From Antedon mediterranea (taxonomy: Eukaryota > Animalia > Echinodermata), in assembly GCF_964355755.1 (NCBI RefSeq), contig NC_092673.1:18411648-18475647 (forward strand): 64,000 bases of DNA, given 5' to 3'. Position 1 is the stretch's first letter; every line of letters begins with the position of its first letter. The position numbers and the translations under genes were made by a program. Below the pieces are notes generated by a model. That model saw only the letters and a program-made list of their open reading frames with translations. It ran no database searches and had not been told where the DNA came from. Shown piece after piece: positions 49,401 through 61,100 of the stretch.

Positions 49401-51420
49401 ATTCGTACATATTTTGATTTAACTTTCTGCTGAAGATGTTTTAAACATGTACAGGAAATGATCTTTTTTTCATTAAAAGAAATCTAAATGGCATTTTTAC
49501 AAATCAACAATTTCAGGGATCTGTTGGAAAGCGATCATTCTTTGTGCCACTACGCCTTGCTTTCAAGACAGAAACTGAAGTGAAATCAATGCCTGATGAT
49601 CTACATTCTATCAGTATCTATTACGACTTTAAGGGATATCTGCCAGATGTATTGTTTCCATATATGATTATTGATTTCCTCAAAAAATTTCAAAAGGAAG
49701 GCGTTGACCCAATACTGTCATATAACCATGCTGCACTTTACTTCAACAAAGATCATCATCTGACCATATCTCTTGTCAAATTTGCTACTAAGGAGAATGA
49801 GAGAAAGTTTTTGTTAAAGGTACTGTGTTGTACAATCTCTTGTGAATTTTCAATAAATATTTAAACCAACTTATTTTGAATTGATAGAAGTTGATTAGTC
49901 AAACACAAAACAATGCTGAAACCCGCTGCAAATTATCATTTAGTTTGTAACACTTATTACAATTGCCTGTATTATCCTAATCTTTCTTTTACTTATTTTT
50001 GTTGTTAAATATTAAGTCAGAATTTACTCTACATGTGCATAATAATTCAAATGCAGATATCAAAATATCAACTACTGTACTTTCTTTTTTTCCAGGTGAC
50101 TATTAAAAGAATAAATGCTTTTAATGAAACTAATGAGGAACCTTCATCTGAAGCATGTAGAGAGGTATGTTATCATATTATTTGATAAACCATGAGCACT
50201 ATCTAAGATTGTTTATAGATAATAATTTTTACTAAATATTTATAATTAAAGTTTAAAAATTATTTTGGGGCAGTGTAATCAAAATAGTGGTTAACAATTA
50301 TTTTCATTAAATAAAATTTCTTTTGAACAACCAAAAATAGTATAAGCGAACTTACAGTACGTTTCGAAACTTGAGTTGAGAATGAAACCTGATAGGTTTC
50401 GAAACGTACTGTAAGTTCGCTTATACTATTTTTGGTTGTTCAAAAGAAATTTTATTTAATACCTATTCCACGACCAGATGAAATTCTTCCAAAATTATTT
50501 TCATTATCAGTCAATTTCAATGTATTTGACCTTATAATTCTGTAAATTTGTAATTTCAATAATAGAAAAACACATGATGCTTAGATGACACAAGTCTCCC
50601 CAACATTTCCAACTATCAAAGAAAATATCAAAAAGATATCTTTTCACACATAAAATCGAAGATATTAAAACCATTTTAACTTTTTTTTTAAACTATAATA
50701 TTGTAAATGTGAGTGAATAAATGTGTGCAGCGGATTCAAAAGGTAATCAAGTTTTTGTTATTGATTGTGTCTTAATTTGGTATTTGTAGTTGGATTTATT
50801 TATGTGATTGGAAAACAATATTCAATGTATATTTTTAGGTTTTGTTAACAATCCAGAAGTCATTTGAACCTTCTCAAGATGGTGGTAGAAGAGGGATTAA
50901 ATTTGAGAGATGCATACTTTGTGGTGTATGTAGTGATACATCAGAAAAGAAGCACATTCAAAATCTTGAAAATTTCCAGTATGTGAAGTTGCCATGCTTC
51001 AAAACTGGCAAGTCTGTTACGATGGATGTTAAACGTTACAAGCGGCTATTTGGAGGTAAAAAACATAAACATAAGGATACAAAGTATATCTTTTTAAAGA
51101 CTAACACTATTTTGTTTATATTTAAATGAATTCTATGAATAGGATTGGTACAGTATTATAGTTTATTACTATTTATCTTAAATCCTGTTGAACCAAACTT
51201 TTAGAACATAATATTGTGGCTACTGTAAATAACTATAAAAACAGTACTATGGGTAGATTTAGACTTCCAAGGAGTGAGTGGCTTATATTGATTAATTATC
51301 TCCTATACAGTACCATGTTGACTGTATGATAAAAGTCTCGTGGTTAGTGTTCAATTTTACTTTTTCACAGACGTCCAAGATGATAGAGAGTTACTGCAAT
51401 CTGTCAATATTCTTAAATAA
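43437..51420 (+). CDS. Roco-family ROC-COR module 1 (677 aa if ended by exon 51371-51420)
   Basis: Exons 43437-43452 (ATG, MADSQ), 43886-44051 (P-loop GQEGVGKT), 44467-44552 (switch I TDGI), 45389-45441, 45573-45597, 46324-46469 (WDHGGQ), 46994-47083 (LYIVVFDL), 47228-47407 (IVGTHK), 47617-47868 (PLKWMRF), 48616-48810 (LNFLYDLGEIVY...VLDP), 49084-49269, 49517-49819, 50096-50164, 50839-51055, 51371-51420 (stop). All phases are consistent. Confidence 0.88.
44852..45354. mobile_element. TTAA-flanked MITE (Kolobok-like termini)
   Basis: TTAA/AAATCTATTGTCCCT ... AGGGACAATACATCT/TTAA. Confidence 0.7.
46498..46812. repeat. ~81-bp minisatellite, about 4 copies
   Basis: TAAGTCCATAGACAT units start at 46498, 46581, 46662 and 46743. 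Confidence 0.95.
50310..50492. mobile_element. Short fold-back insertion, Penelope-like
   Basis: Perfect 65-bp inverted repeat (50306-50370 / 50396-50460), a GACCAGATGAAATTCTTC tail, and a 14-bp direct repeat AATTATTTTCATTA on both sides. Confidence 0.65.
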
Positions 51421-52108
51421 AAGGCTTGACCTGTAATCTGATTGGCAAACACTAGACTTTATTGTTTTCATAATCTAGCAATCATTATTATTCAGATCTA
51501 AAAAATTAACAATTCAGTTATCATATTAAAATAATATATTGTTATCAACTAAAAAAATAGCCACTGATCCCATAGTTTTACAACTCGTTTTGCAATGCAG
51601 ATCTGTTTATTTCTTGAAATGTTGTGTAGAATATCGGTTATATTTTGTTTTAAAAACCTAGTACTTTTGGATTATTGTACCTTACTTTCTTCCACCTTCT
51701 TAGACTGTACACAAGGCCGTGATTATGAAAATGAAATTATTTGTACCATTCCACGAATATAAAACATTCATTATTGGTTTTATATAACATCTAAGTAGAC
51801 ATGCATTTCATGTAAATTGTCATCTTAATAGGAGTGTCCACTGAGTAGGGGTTGGCCGTAGTGGTAAAACATATATTGCCTCTGTTGTGCAGGAAAGTGT
51901 CTGCTTACCAAAAGAGGGGCTCTGCTATTATACATTAAATGAATTCTTGCTGGATTAATTGCCATTTGAAGTCATTGCATTAATTGATTTAAACAAATTT
52001 TAATTTATAGATAATTATTTATCACAAAAGAAAACAGTTATTGATTTTTTATTTCTTAGCCTTATATGGCATGGTTGGTTTTTATATAATAAAATTATAT
52101 TTTATCAG

Positions 52109-55100
52109 ATGAGAATATTCCATCTGCTATTACTGCTCATGGTACAGATGTTCAGGAAGTGTACACTAAGGCATTGACTGAGGGATCTGTCAAAATCAAT
52201 CTTGGAATGCTTAAAGTGATTGGGCAGGAAGGAGTAGGTAAAACATGCCTCATAAATGCTGGTCTTGGAAACAAGTAAGTACTAGTTAAAGGACAGTGAA
52301 ATGAACTATGAAATATGTGAGTTAACTATTAAAGAAATATGATTCATTTTAAAAACCAATTCCCTAATATTGCAGCCTTAAAAGTAACTCAAGTTCACTA
52401 ATGGTTTCAAATAATTTTCACTTCAAATTTAACTCCAAGCATAATGTTTACAGCACTTAAAAGTGACCCAAGTTCTTTATTGGTTTCAAATGATTTTCAC
52501 TTCAGATTTAACCCCAAACATGATGTGACAGATGGCATAGCAGTGATAAGAACTGTAAGCACAACATGGACAGAAGATTATGACGATAGTGGTAAACATA
52601 AATTAATTTAGCTTTTCATCCCTCTTGCAGTGAATTATGATAAACTATTGAAAGATAATTGGAGATCAATACCACTACTGACATACAGTAGTATATTATT
52701 GGATACTATGTTAATGTTGATATGAACAGTCGTGTAACTGGCTGATTTCTGCATGATTTTTTTTTTTTTACTTATTAAATATTGTTACTCCTGATCTTTT
52801 CTGATGCAAAACATTTGATGGTTTGCTACTTTCAGGATTGTATTTCATGCAATTAACATTATCAAGTAGTTTGAAAGTGGTAACCTAATAATCAAATATT
52901 ATTCACTTAAATCAACACAAGGACCTACAGAAAAAATAACTTTGTTTGTTATTTTCAGGTGATCCCTCAAAACAGTTTACGAAATTTGTCGCTGACAAAA
53001 TGAGAACAATGAAAACTGAAAAGGTATGTCAACAACATTTTATTTAAAACATTAAAATAATACAAAGAGCATTTATACTTCTTTTATTTTGGGAAAGATA
53101 TCAATCTAGTCCACTGGACTTACTTACTAACGTAAGTTCAGTGAACTAGATTGATATCCTTCCAAATAAAAATTACACTACCTGGATGAGAATATTCATA
53201 TCCGCATTTATACTATTATTACTAGCCTAAACTGAGGGGTTTGTTTTCTTAATGTAAATCAATGATTCTTTAACAAGCAAATCAAAAATAATGTGGTTTG
53301 GAAAGTAAATGTATTTTCTATTTAGGTAAAAATATAAAGAATATTTAAATCAATATCGCTCATCGGCGATGAGCTATGCTCGACGCGATTATGAGATCAT
53401 GTTTCGAATATGAGCACTGTTTCAATAATTTAACAGTATGATTTATAAAGAATATTTAACTATTTATAAGGTTTGTTTTCATTATATGAGTTAGGTTGTC
53501 CAGAAACCACCTAAAGATGATGATGAGTCTGGAAATATTGAGGGCCATGATGATGATATTAATGACAAACACACCAGTAGGAAAGACAACCACAGCAAAA
53601 ATGATGATCATGACAACCATAGCAAAGATGATGATCATGACAACCACAGCAAAGATGATGATCATGACAACCACAGCAAAGATGATGATCATGACAACCA
53701 CAGCAAAGATGATGATCATGGCAACCACAGCAAAGATGATGATCATGACAAACAGAGCAAAGATGATGATCATGACAACCACAGCAAACAGAGCAGTGAT
53801 AATGATCATGACAAACAGAGCAGTCATGGTAATGATTATTTTTTGTAACTTTTAAAATTCTGTTTTTTTAAACAATAGTATTAAGAATTATGTAATATTA
53901 ATGATGAACCTTTTTAATGACTGTAACATAACATGTGCAATCCTGAGATTTGATCCCATTCACAATATAGTGGAGTTTATACTGTACCGTGATCGTACCA
54001 TTTTACAACAATTAAATTGGAAGGTAATACTGTATCTGCTATATTAATTAATTATTTGCAGTTATAAATTAATTGTTGTTTTTCTAATAGAAATATTTTC
54101 AAACTTGACTAAAGAACTTTTAGACATTTTATTGTATATTTATATGATTAAATGTGAGTAAAATAATTTAAAAACTACTATATAATTTATAAAGATAATG
54201 ACTAAAACAATGACAACTCAAACATTGACTATAATGATTATGTATACAAAAACAATGATGAGAATGATTGTTATGAGTATATATATTGTTGACAATTACA
54301 ATGATGATGATGACAATGATTATGACAAAAACTACAACATTCATGATAAAGAAGATGAAACTACAACATTGATAATGATGATAATAATGATGAAAACTAC
54401 AACATTGATAATAATGAAGATGAAAACTACAACATTGATTATAATAACAAACAATAACAACAACAATGATGAATTTTTAATGACTATATAATGATGATAG
54501 TGATGATAACTATGATAATGAGATTACTACAATGGTGCTTTTTGGAGTATTACAAAAAAAAATCTGTTTTAACTACAGGTACTGACATTCAATTTGATAC
54601 AGACCGGCAGTTAGATAAAGATGTGATCAAGAAAGTTAAGGAAAATAAGGAAGAGACATTGAAAGAAACATTCAACATCTATGATCATGGTGGACAATTG
54701 ATATACCATGGTATTCATCGTGTAAGTTATTTTAAGTGATGTTTTATTGGGGAGGTGTTTATTCAAATAAATACCATCCTAATTGGTATAATTAATACAT
54801 TATTTTAGTTTAAACATCTTTTGAAACTAACTTCCGTGATACAGTGGGCCGTTTTGGCCTAAGACGGAAAGAAGTTTTAGACGGCTTTCAACATGGGAAG
54901 AAGTATATCCTATGGTCCTAATGAGACACAGATATTGAAAAGTTATACAGACCTGCCAGCTTATTAAACAACTCGGCTATTGGGATTCACTTGATTTTAA
55001 ACAAAAGGTCTTATCATCAGTTCTCCTGATGTAATTTTATATACTATTCCCCACAATATACTCCAATGCTTTATGAATATATTTAACTACTATACTTTCA

Positions 55101-58100
55101 CACCCGCGGTCCGAAAATAAACAAAAAACTAAAATGGGTAACGGCCAACTTAGTTACAAGATGTTGACTCACCTTGAACCCGGAACTAACTTTACCACCG
55201 ACACTTAAAAATCTACCGATGCAACCAAACATTTCGTTTTAAAACCCTCCATGATATCTTCCTAAGAGAGAAATATGGAGCAATATCGTATAGGCCTGCT
55301 AAAATGTTGTAGAATATACCTATCGCAGTACACATATATTGACTGCTTAGAGGTTAAAGACCCCTTCCCTGCAATTTTGGACGTTTTTTGGAAAATAATA
55401 CATATATATCACTTTAAAAACATTAAACCATGTCATTTCTTGTCTTAAATGTACGTTTTATGGTAAATTATGATAAAAAGTGAGAAACAATGCACTACCT
55501 AAGTAGCTCGCGGCGATCGACCTCTCGTGGACGGTCTTAGGCCTAGCCTAGCAGCTAGCTAGGCTTAGTTTTGTAGGCCTAGCTGGTAAACATCGGTAAC
55601 GTACGAACATCGTACGCGAGCTATATACCTAGCCTGACGTTGTATAGTTGCTGCATTAATTGTCTTTCTATTTTTGCCAGACTCCGTTGATACAAATTGG
55701 GGAAAACCCGGTATTTTCGCTGAAAAGTTAGGAGTCTTTCATTTGTTTTGGCCTCACGATCGATCGAAAAGTGGGCGAATTACAGGTGAAAAACAAAAAT
55801 ATCAATCCGCGCGCAATGCATTTTGGGATTTATAGCGGGCCGCTATAATTATTAGAATCGACTTATTTTTCACATTTTTAACCATTTAAAGACGAAAAAA
55901 GTTATCGCAATAGGACCATATAGTATTATTTTTACATTAAATATAGTTTGTGATCTTAAATTAGATCTAAAAAACGTAGGGAATGGGGCTTTAAATATAA
56001 GATTTGACATCCCCGAGGGAATGATATTATGTTCGAGCATGGAGAAATTTCGAGGGAATATATATTTCCCGAAGCGCCAGCTGAGGGAAATATATAATTC
56101 TCGAGAACTTAATATCATTCCCGAGGGGATGTCTAATCTTATATTTTACCGATATAAAAGGCGATATCTGTTATATTACATAGCCAACAACAAGTAGAAT
56201 ATCTGCTGGGTCGGGTAGCTAGGCTAGGCCTCCTTTTTGTATTGTATGTAAACAGGCTGCCCATTCACCTTACATTTCGAAGAATAATATACAGATAATT
56301 ACTAATTAATGATTCCTTGGCAACAAAATATTCACTAGCCTAGGTCGTTTAAATAATAACATAATAATTTCCATCAATACATTATAATAATATTATCAGG
56401 TAGGCCGAATAAATAATAATTCGTCTTCTTCGATCGAGCCGAATCACCTGCCAGATGTTCAGTGCGTCGCGCGCATACCGGTTACTATTGTGAGTATTAA
56501 CCAATCACAAACAGTCTTTCATCACATCTAGGGAGGATTAATAACAAATGAGGGCGCTATGTATGCATAGTTTAAATAGTTTAGTTGATTAATTTCTTCC
56601 AGCAAGTTCTGTGGCGGAGCGCATGAAGCGTTGTCTTGTGATGGAGGGACAATTTCATCGCGAGTACAAGATCCAGTAGATGACTTTTGTTTATTTACGA
56701 AAATTACACAGTCAATATCATCGTACTCGAGAATTTATATGATTAATGACAGGGAAACGATAATTACGCGAAAATTACTCAGTCAATATCATCGTTCTTG
56801 AGTATATATACGATTTACGATCCTCGCAGCGTTAGTCATGTGATGCAGTTTCAACCAATCAAGTTTGCGTATTTACATAGATGTAATATATAATAATAGT
56901 CTTTATTTATGTTAGGGACCACTACCGAATAAATGGTACTTGTTCATAGGCCTTTAAGAATATTAATAAAATATTTGAATAACAAGCACATTATTTTTTC
57001 CAGATCTTCGTAACATCAGAAGCACTTTACATCGTAGTGTTTGATCTCAGTGTGAACCTTGAAGATCGTGCTATCGTCATTGATTCTAATGGCGTAAGTA
57101 TTGTAAGACTAATTAAGGTATTGTAGTAGTTGTGCTGGAACAAGAAAACAATTTTATTTTTGTTTTTTTGATATTTTTTGGTTTTTTTTTCAGAAAAAGC
57201 GTCAACATCATTGGACCAACCTCCAGTTCATATTATCTTACATCCAGACAGTTTATTCTCATAGTCGTATTGTGGAAGAAGACAAGAAGAATGAAGTTCA
57301 CAAACCAACTATCCTTATTGTGGGTACACATAAGGGTAAGCTTGGTAAGACTGAAGAAGAACAAAATGATGAGGTAGTACTAAATATATTTCTATAGCTA
57401 CAGTACCTTAAAAATAACCATAATCAAAAACATATTACTGCTCCAAAAACACCTTATTAACCAACTTCATATAGACATATAGTATCAATCAATCAATTTT
57501 TAAATATTTTAAATAAATGACAATATATGACTACAGTAATATGCTCATTACATAATATATTTTTTCTACATATTTATAAACTATTTACAACCAGGCAAAT
57601 ATCATTTTTGAGAAGGTTCAAGATGCACTTAGAGGGAAACTGTATGAAGAACATATATATCAATATTTTTCCATTGAAAACAGCCGAGAAACAACAGATA
57701 AAAGCTTTAGTGATCTCAAAGAGGTTATTGATGATCTTATGAAAGCTTTAGAAAAAGATAAACCTTTAAAGTGGATGCGTTTTCGATGTGACCTTCATGA
57801 CCTCAGGACGAAAACACATTTTTCTTTGTGTCCTTTAGAAGAGGTAAACTTTATTTTGTAACCACATTAATAATCTTACTTTGAGCATTAGAACTTAATT
57901 AATACTTTCATTAACCATATTTTGCCAAATCAGAGGAACTCCACACCCAAATGTATAGAAAACTCGGATTTCAAAATCTGAGTTTACTACAGTAGTTTCA
58001 TTCTGACCACTGAAATGGACCGATCCATTATTAATCGGGGGGATTAAAAAAATACTTTATACCTTACGTTGGTAAATGTATCTCTACCATGCTATAAAAA

Positions 58101-61100
58101 CTGAATATGATTTCCTATTTAATAATTATGTTTTAAAAATCTAATATTATAACCATTATTTCTAGCTCAAAATACTGGCAACTAAGAATGGTATTGAAAA
58201 AGAACAATCAATCCTTAACTTCCTGTATGATCTTGGTGAAATTGTTTACATGCATGACAACAAATTATTAAGAGATAAAGCGGTGTTAGATCCGATGCAG
58301 CTGGTTGAAATTGTTACTGCTTTTGTAACAGTCCTTCCACCAAAGTTTCCAGTAAGTACAGTAGGTAGGCCCATGTATATTCCAAATTGTAAATATGTGT
58401 TTCTGCTGTCACCCCTATGAAAGTTCGGTGCAGTTCCTTGTTCCTTGTGAAAAAATTGTTTTTGATCATAGAGGTACTTCTTTTTTTGGTTTAGAAGCCC
58501 ATTTTTAAGAAAGCTTTTGTTAAACTTGACAAGGGCATACTGGAAGAAAAGTTGTTGCGAAAATTGTGGAAAAAGCGTAAAGTTGACAAAGGAAATAATT
58601 TTGAGTTCCTTGTAGCACTGATGATTCAATTAGGTTTCATTTGTGAGAGAAAGACAACCAGCAGCCAAGATGTGGCAAGTACATCTACAGTAGGTTTTGT
58701 TGAGTTATATTTTATAACATATTTTGCATACAAGATTGTGTAATTTAATGGTGAAATTTTACATCAAATTTCAAAATATTTGTAGGGTTATGACATTTTG
58801 GTTAAACTTTCAGCTGAAGATGTTTAACATGTACAGGTAATGATCTTAATTTTCTTAATCTAAATGGCATTTTATAAATCAATAATTTCAGGAATCTGTT
58901 GAAAAGCGATCATTTTATGTTCCACTACGCCTTGCTTTCAAGACAGCAAGTGAAGTGACAGAAACGCCTGATGAATTTCCAGCTATCAGTATCTATTACG
59001 ACTTTAAGGGATATCTGCCAGATGTATTGTTTCCATATATGATTATTGATTTCCTCAACAAATTTCAAAAGAAAGGTGTTGATCCAATACTCTTGTATAA
59101 TCATGCTGAACTTTACTTCGACCAAGATCATCATGTGACCTTATCTCTTGTCAAATTTGTGACTATGGAAGATGAAAGAAAGTTCTTGTTAAAGGTACTG
59201 TATCATATAATTTGTTGTGAACAAGTCATAATTTAATCTAAACATAAACTCAAATTCAAATATCACATCACTTTTCTTCTTTTTTTTCAGGTGACTATTA
59301 AAAAAACTCCTGCTTGTAATGAAACAAGTAAGGATGAACCCTCTTCTGACGTTTGTAAAGAGGTTTGTTATTTCATATATTCAAGGGGGATCCAAGGGTT
59401 TCCCACAGGGTCAGGAACCCCCCCCCCCCCTTCCAATGTTCAAAGTGCCCTTTTTTAGAGTTTCAATATTTTATTTGTGTGACATGTTTGTGTGTTTGTT
59501 AGTATTCACAGCGGCAAAACAATAAAAGAAATTTCCCAAGATGTGAGCTTCATTGCTGGACGGCCCTAAAAAATTGTTGTTGAAATAAATAAAATCAAAT
59601 AGAAATTTCCGATTGCTGATCAGAAGCAGCATGATACCTCTAGTAAACTGTCTAGTTTCACATACTACAGAGGGCCACACACCACATTGTGGGGAATATG
59701 CCTATTAAGTCTAATACTTGAGACGATCTCTTAAATTCAATTGCATTACTTACGCTCTGTTACGCATGCGTATTTGTGAGAATAACTTGCACGTGAAACC
59801 ATTATAAATAAGATTAAAAATAGTAGCGAAAGATATGATTTATGTAACAAAAAACAAAAACAATTTTTTGGGGGCCTTATTAGCGTTTAGAATAATCATA
59901 TCGGAAGTACCTGTATCAGGGCTTGCCCTGACGTTCGCATTGAACGCAAAAAATGTTATATATTGGGTGAAGGTGGAAAGAATGGGATCGTTTTGCTTTT
60001 TGCTAGCGCGCTCAGTGGAATGTCATTTCCGGCAAACTAAAGGTGCCATATATCATGAATTTTTCCAGCCATCTAGGGGTATCTTTAAACAAAATTCCCT
60101 TCACCACATCTGACTATTAAGGGGGAGTGGGGGTGGGGGCTTATGGTTCAAATACTCATTCTCGGAAGTGCCCTTTCCTTCTGGGAACCGAAAATGTCTA
60201 GATCCGCCCCAGATATCAGAATTGAAAACTATTAATTATTGCTAAGATCTATTATTTATAAACTTTATTGATTTCGGTCAACATTATTAATTAATTATTA
60301 TACCAAATCATTACCTCAATGCTTGCAATTGAAACTTTAATGAAGTATTTTTTGGTTAGGTGCCAAATCTTTGGATTTATAACATTTGAGGCATGTCATA
60401 TTTTGAAAGTGATAATTCAGATTTTTATTTTAGATTTTTATCTCTTTTTTTTATTTCTTATTGGTTTAATTTTCCCTTTTCTTGTATTGTGAAACTTTTG
60501 TGTTTTTATTGTCATATTGTATTTGTAGGTTTTGTTAACGATCCAGAAGTCATTTGAACCTACTAAAGATGGTGGTAGAAGAGGGATTCAGTATGAGAGA
60601 TGCATACTTTGTGATGTATGTAGTGATACATCAGAAAAGAAACACATTCAAAATCTTGAAAATTTCCAGGACGAGAAGTTGACATGCACCAAAACTGGCA
60701 AGTCTGTTACGATGGATGTTACACGTTACCAGCGGCTATTTGGAGGTAAGAGTAATATAGATACAAATTTATTTTCATTTATTTATTTGACCAAAAAACA
60801 ACAAATGAATGAACAATATGATTATTACATAATGTAATTACAGAAAAATATACAAATAATGAATGTTTATGAGTGTAATGGTACAAATAATGGCATGAGG
60901 TAAATGATGAAAGGATATATTTTAACGAGGCGAAGTCGAGTTGATATATATATATAACCTTTCATCAATCACCAAATTCCATTATTTGTACCATTACAAA
61001 AATATAAAACATTCATTATTTGTTTTATAACATCTAAATAGAATCCTGTCATTTGAATCAAATAAAAAGTAAGCCTAGCCTAATGCCTACATTTGATTCA

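Noticed and set aside
52375-52455. Duplicate of the switch-I exon start
   Set aside because: The acceptor is mutated (CTTCAA instead of CTTCAG) and the copy is partial; a local intronic duplication.
53456-53855. Hydrophobic minus ORF and Met/Thr-rich plus ORF
   Set aside because: Alternative frames of the 27-bp repeat; splice phase supports the His/Asp frame.
54198-54530. Met/Ile/Thr-rich ORF
   Set aside because: Intronic triplet low-complexity sequence with no fitting splice sites.
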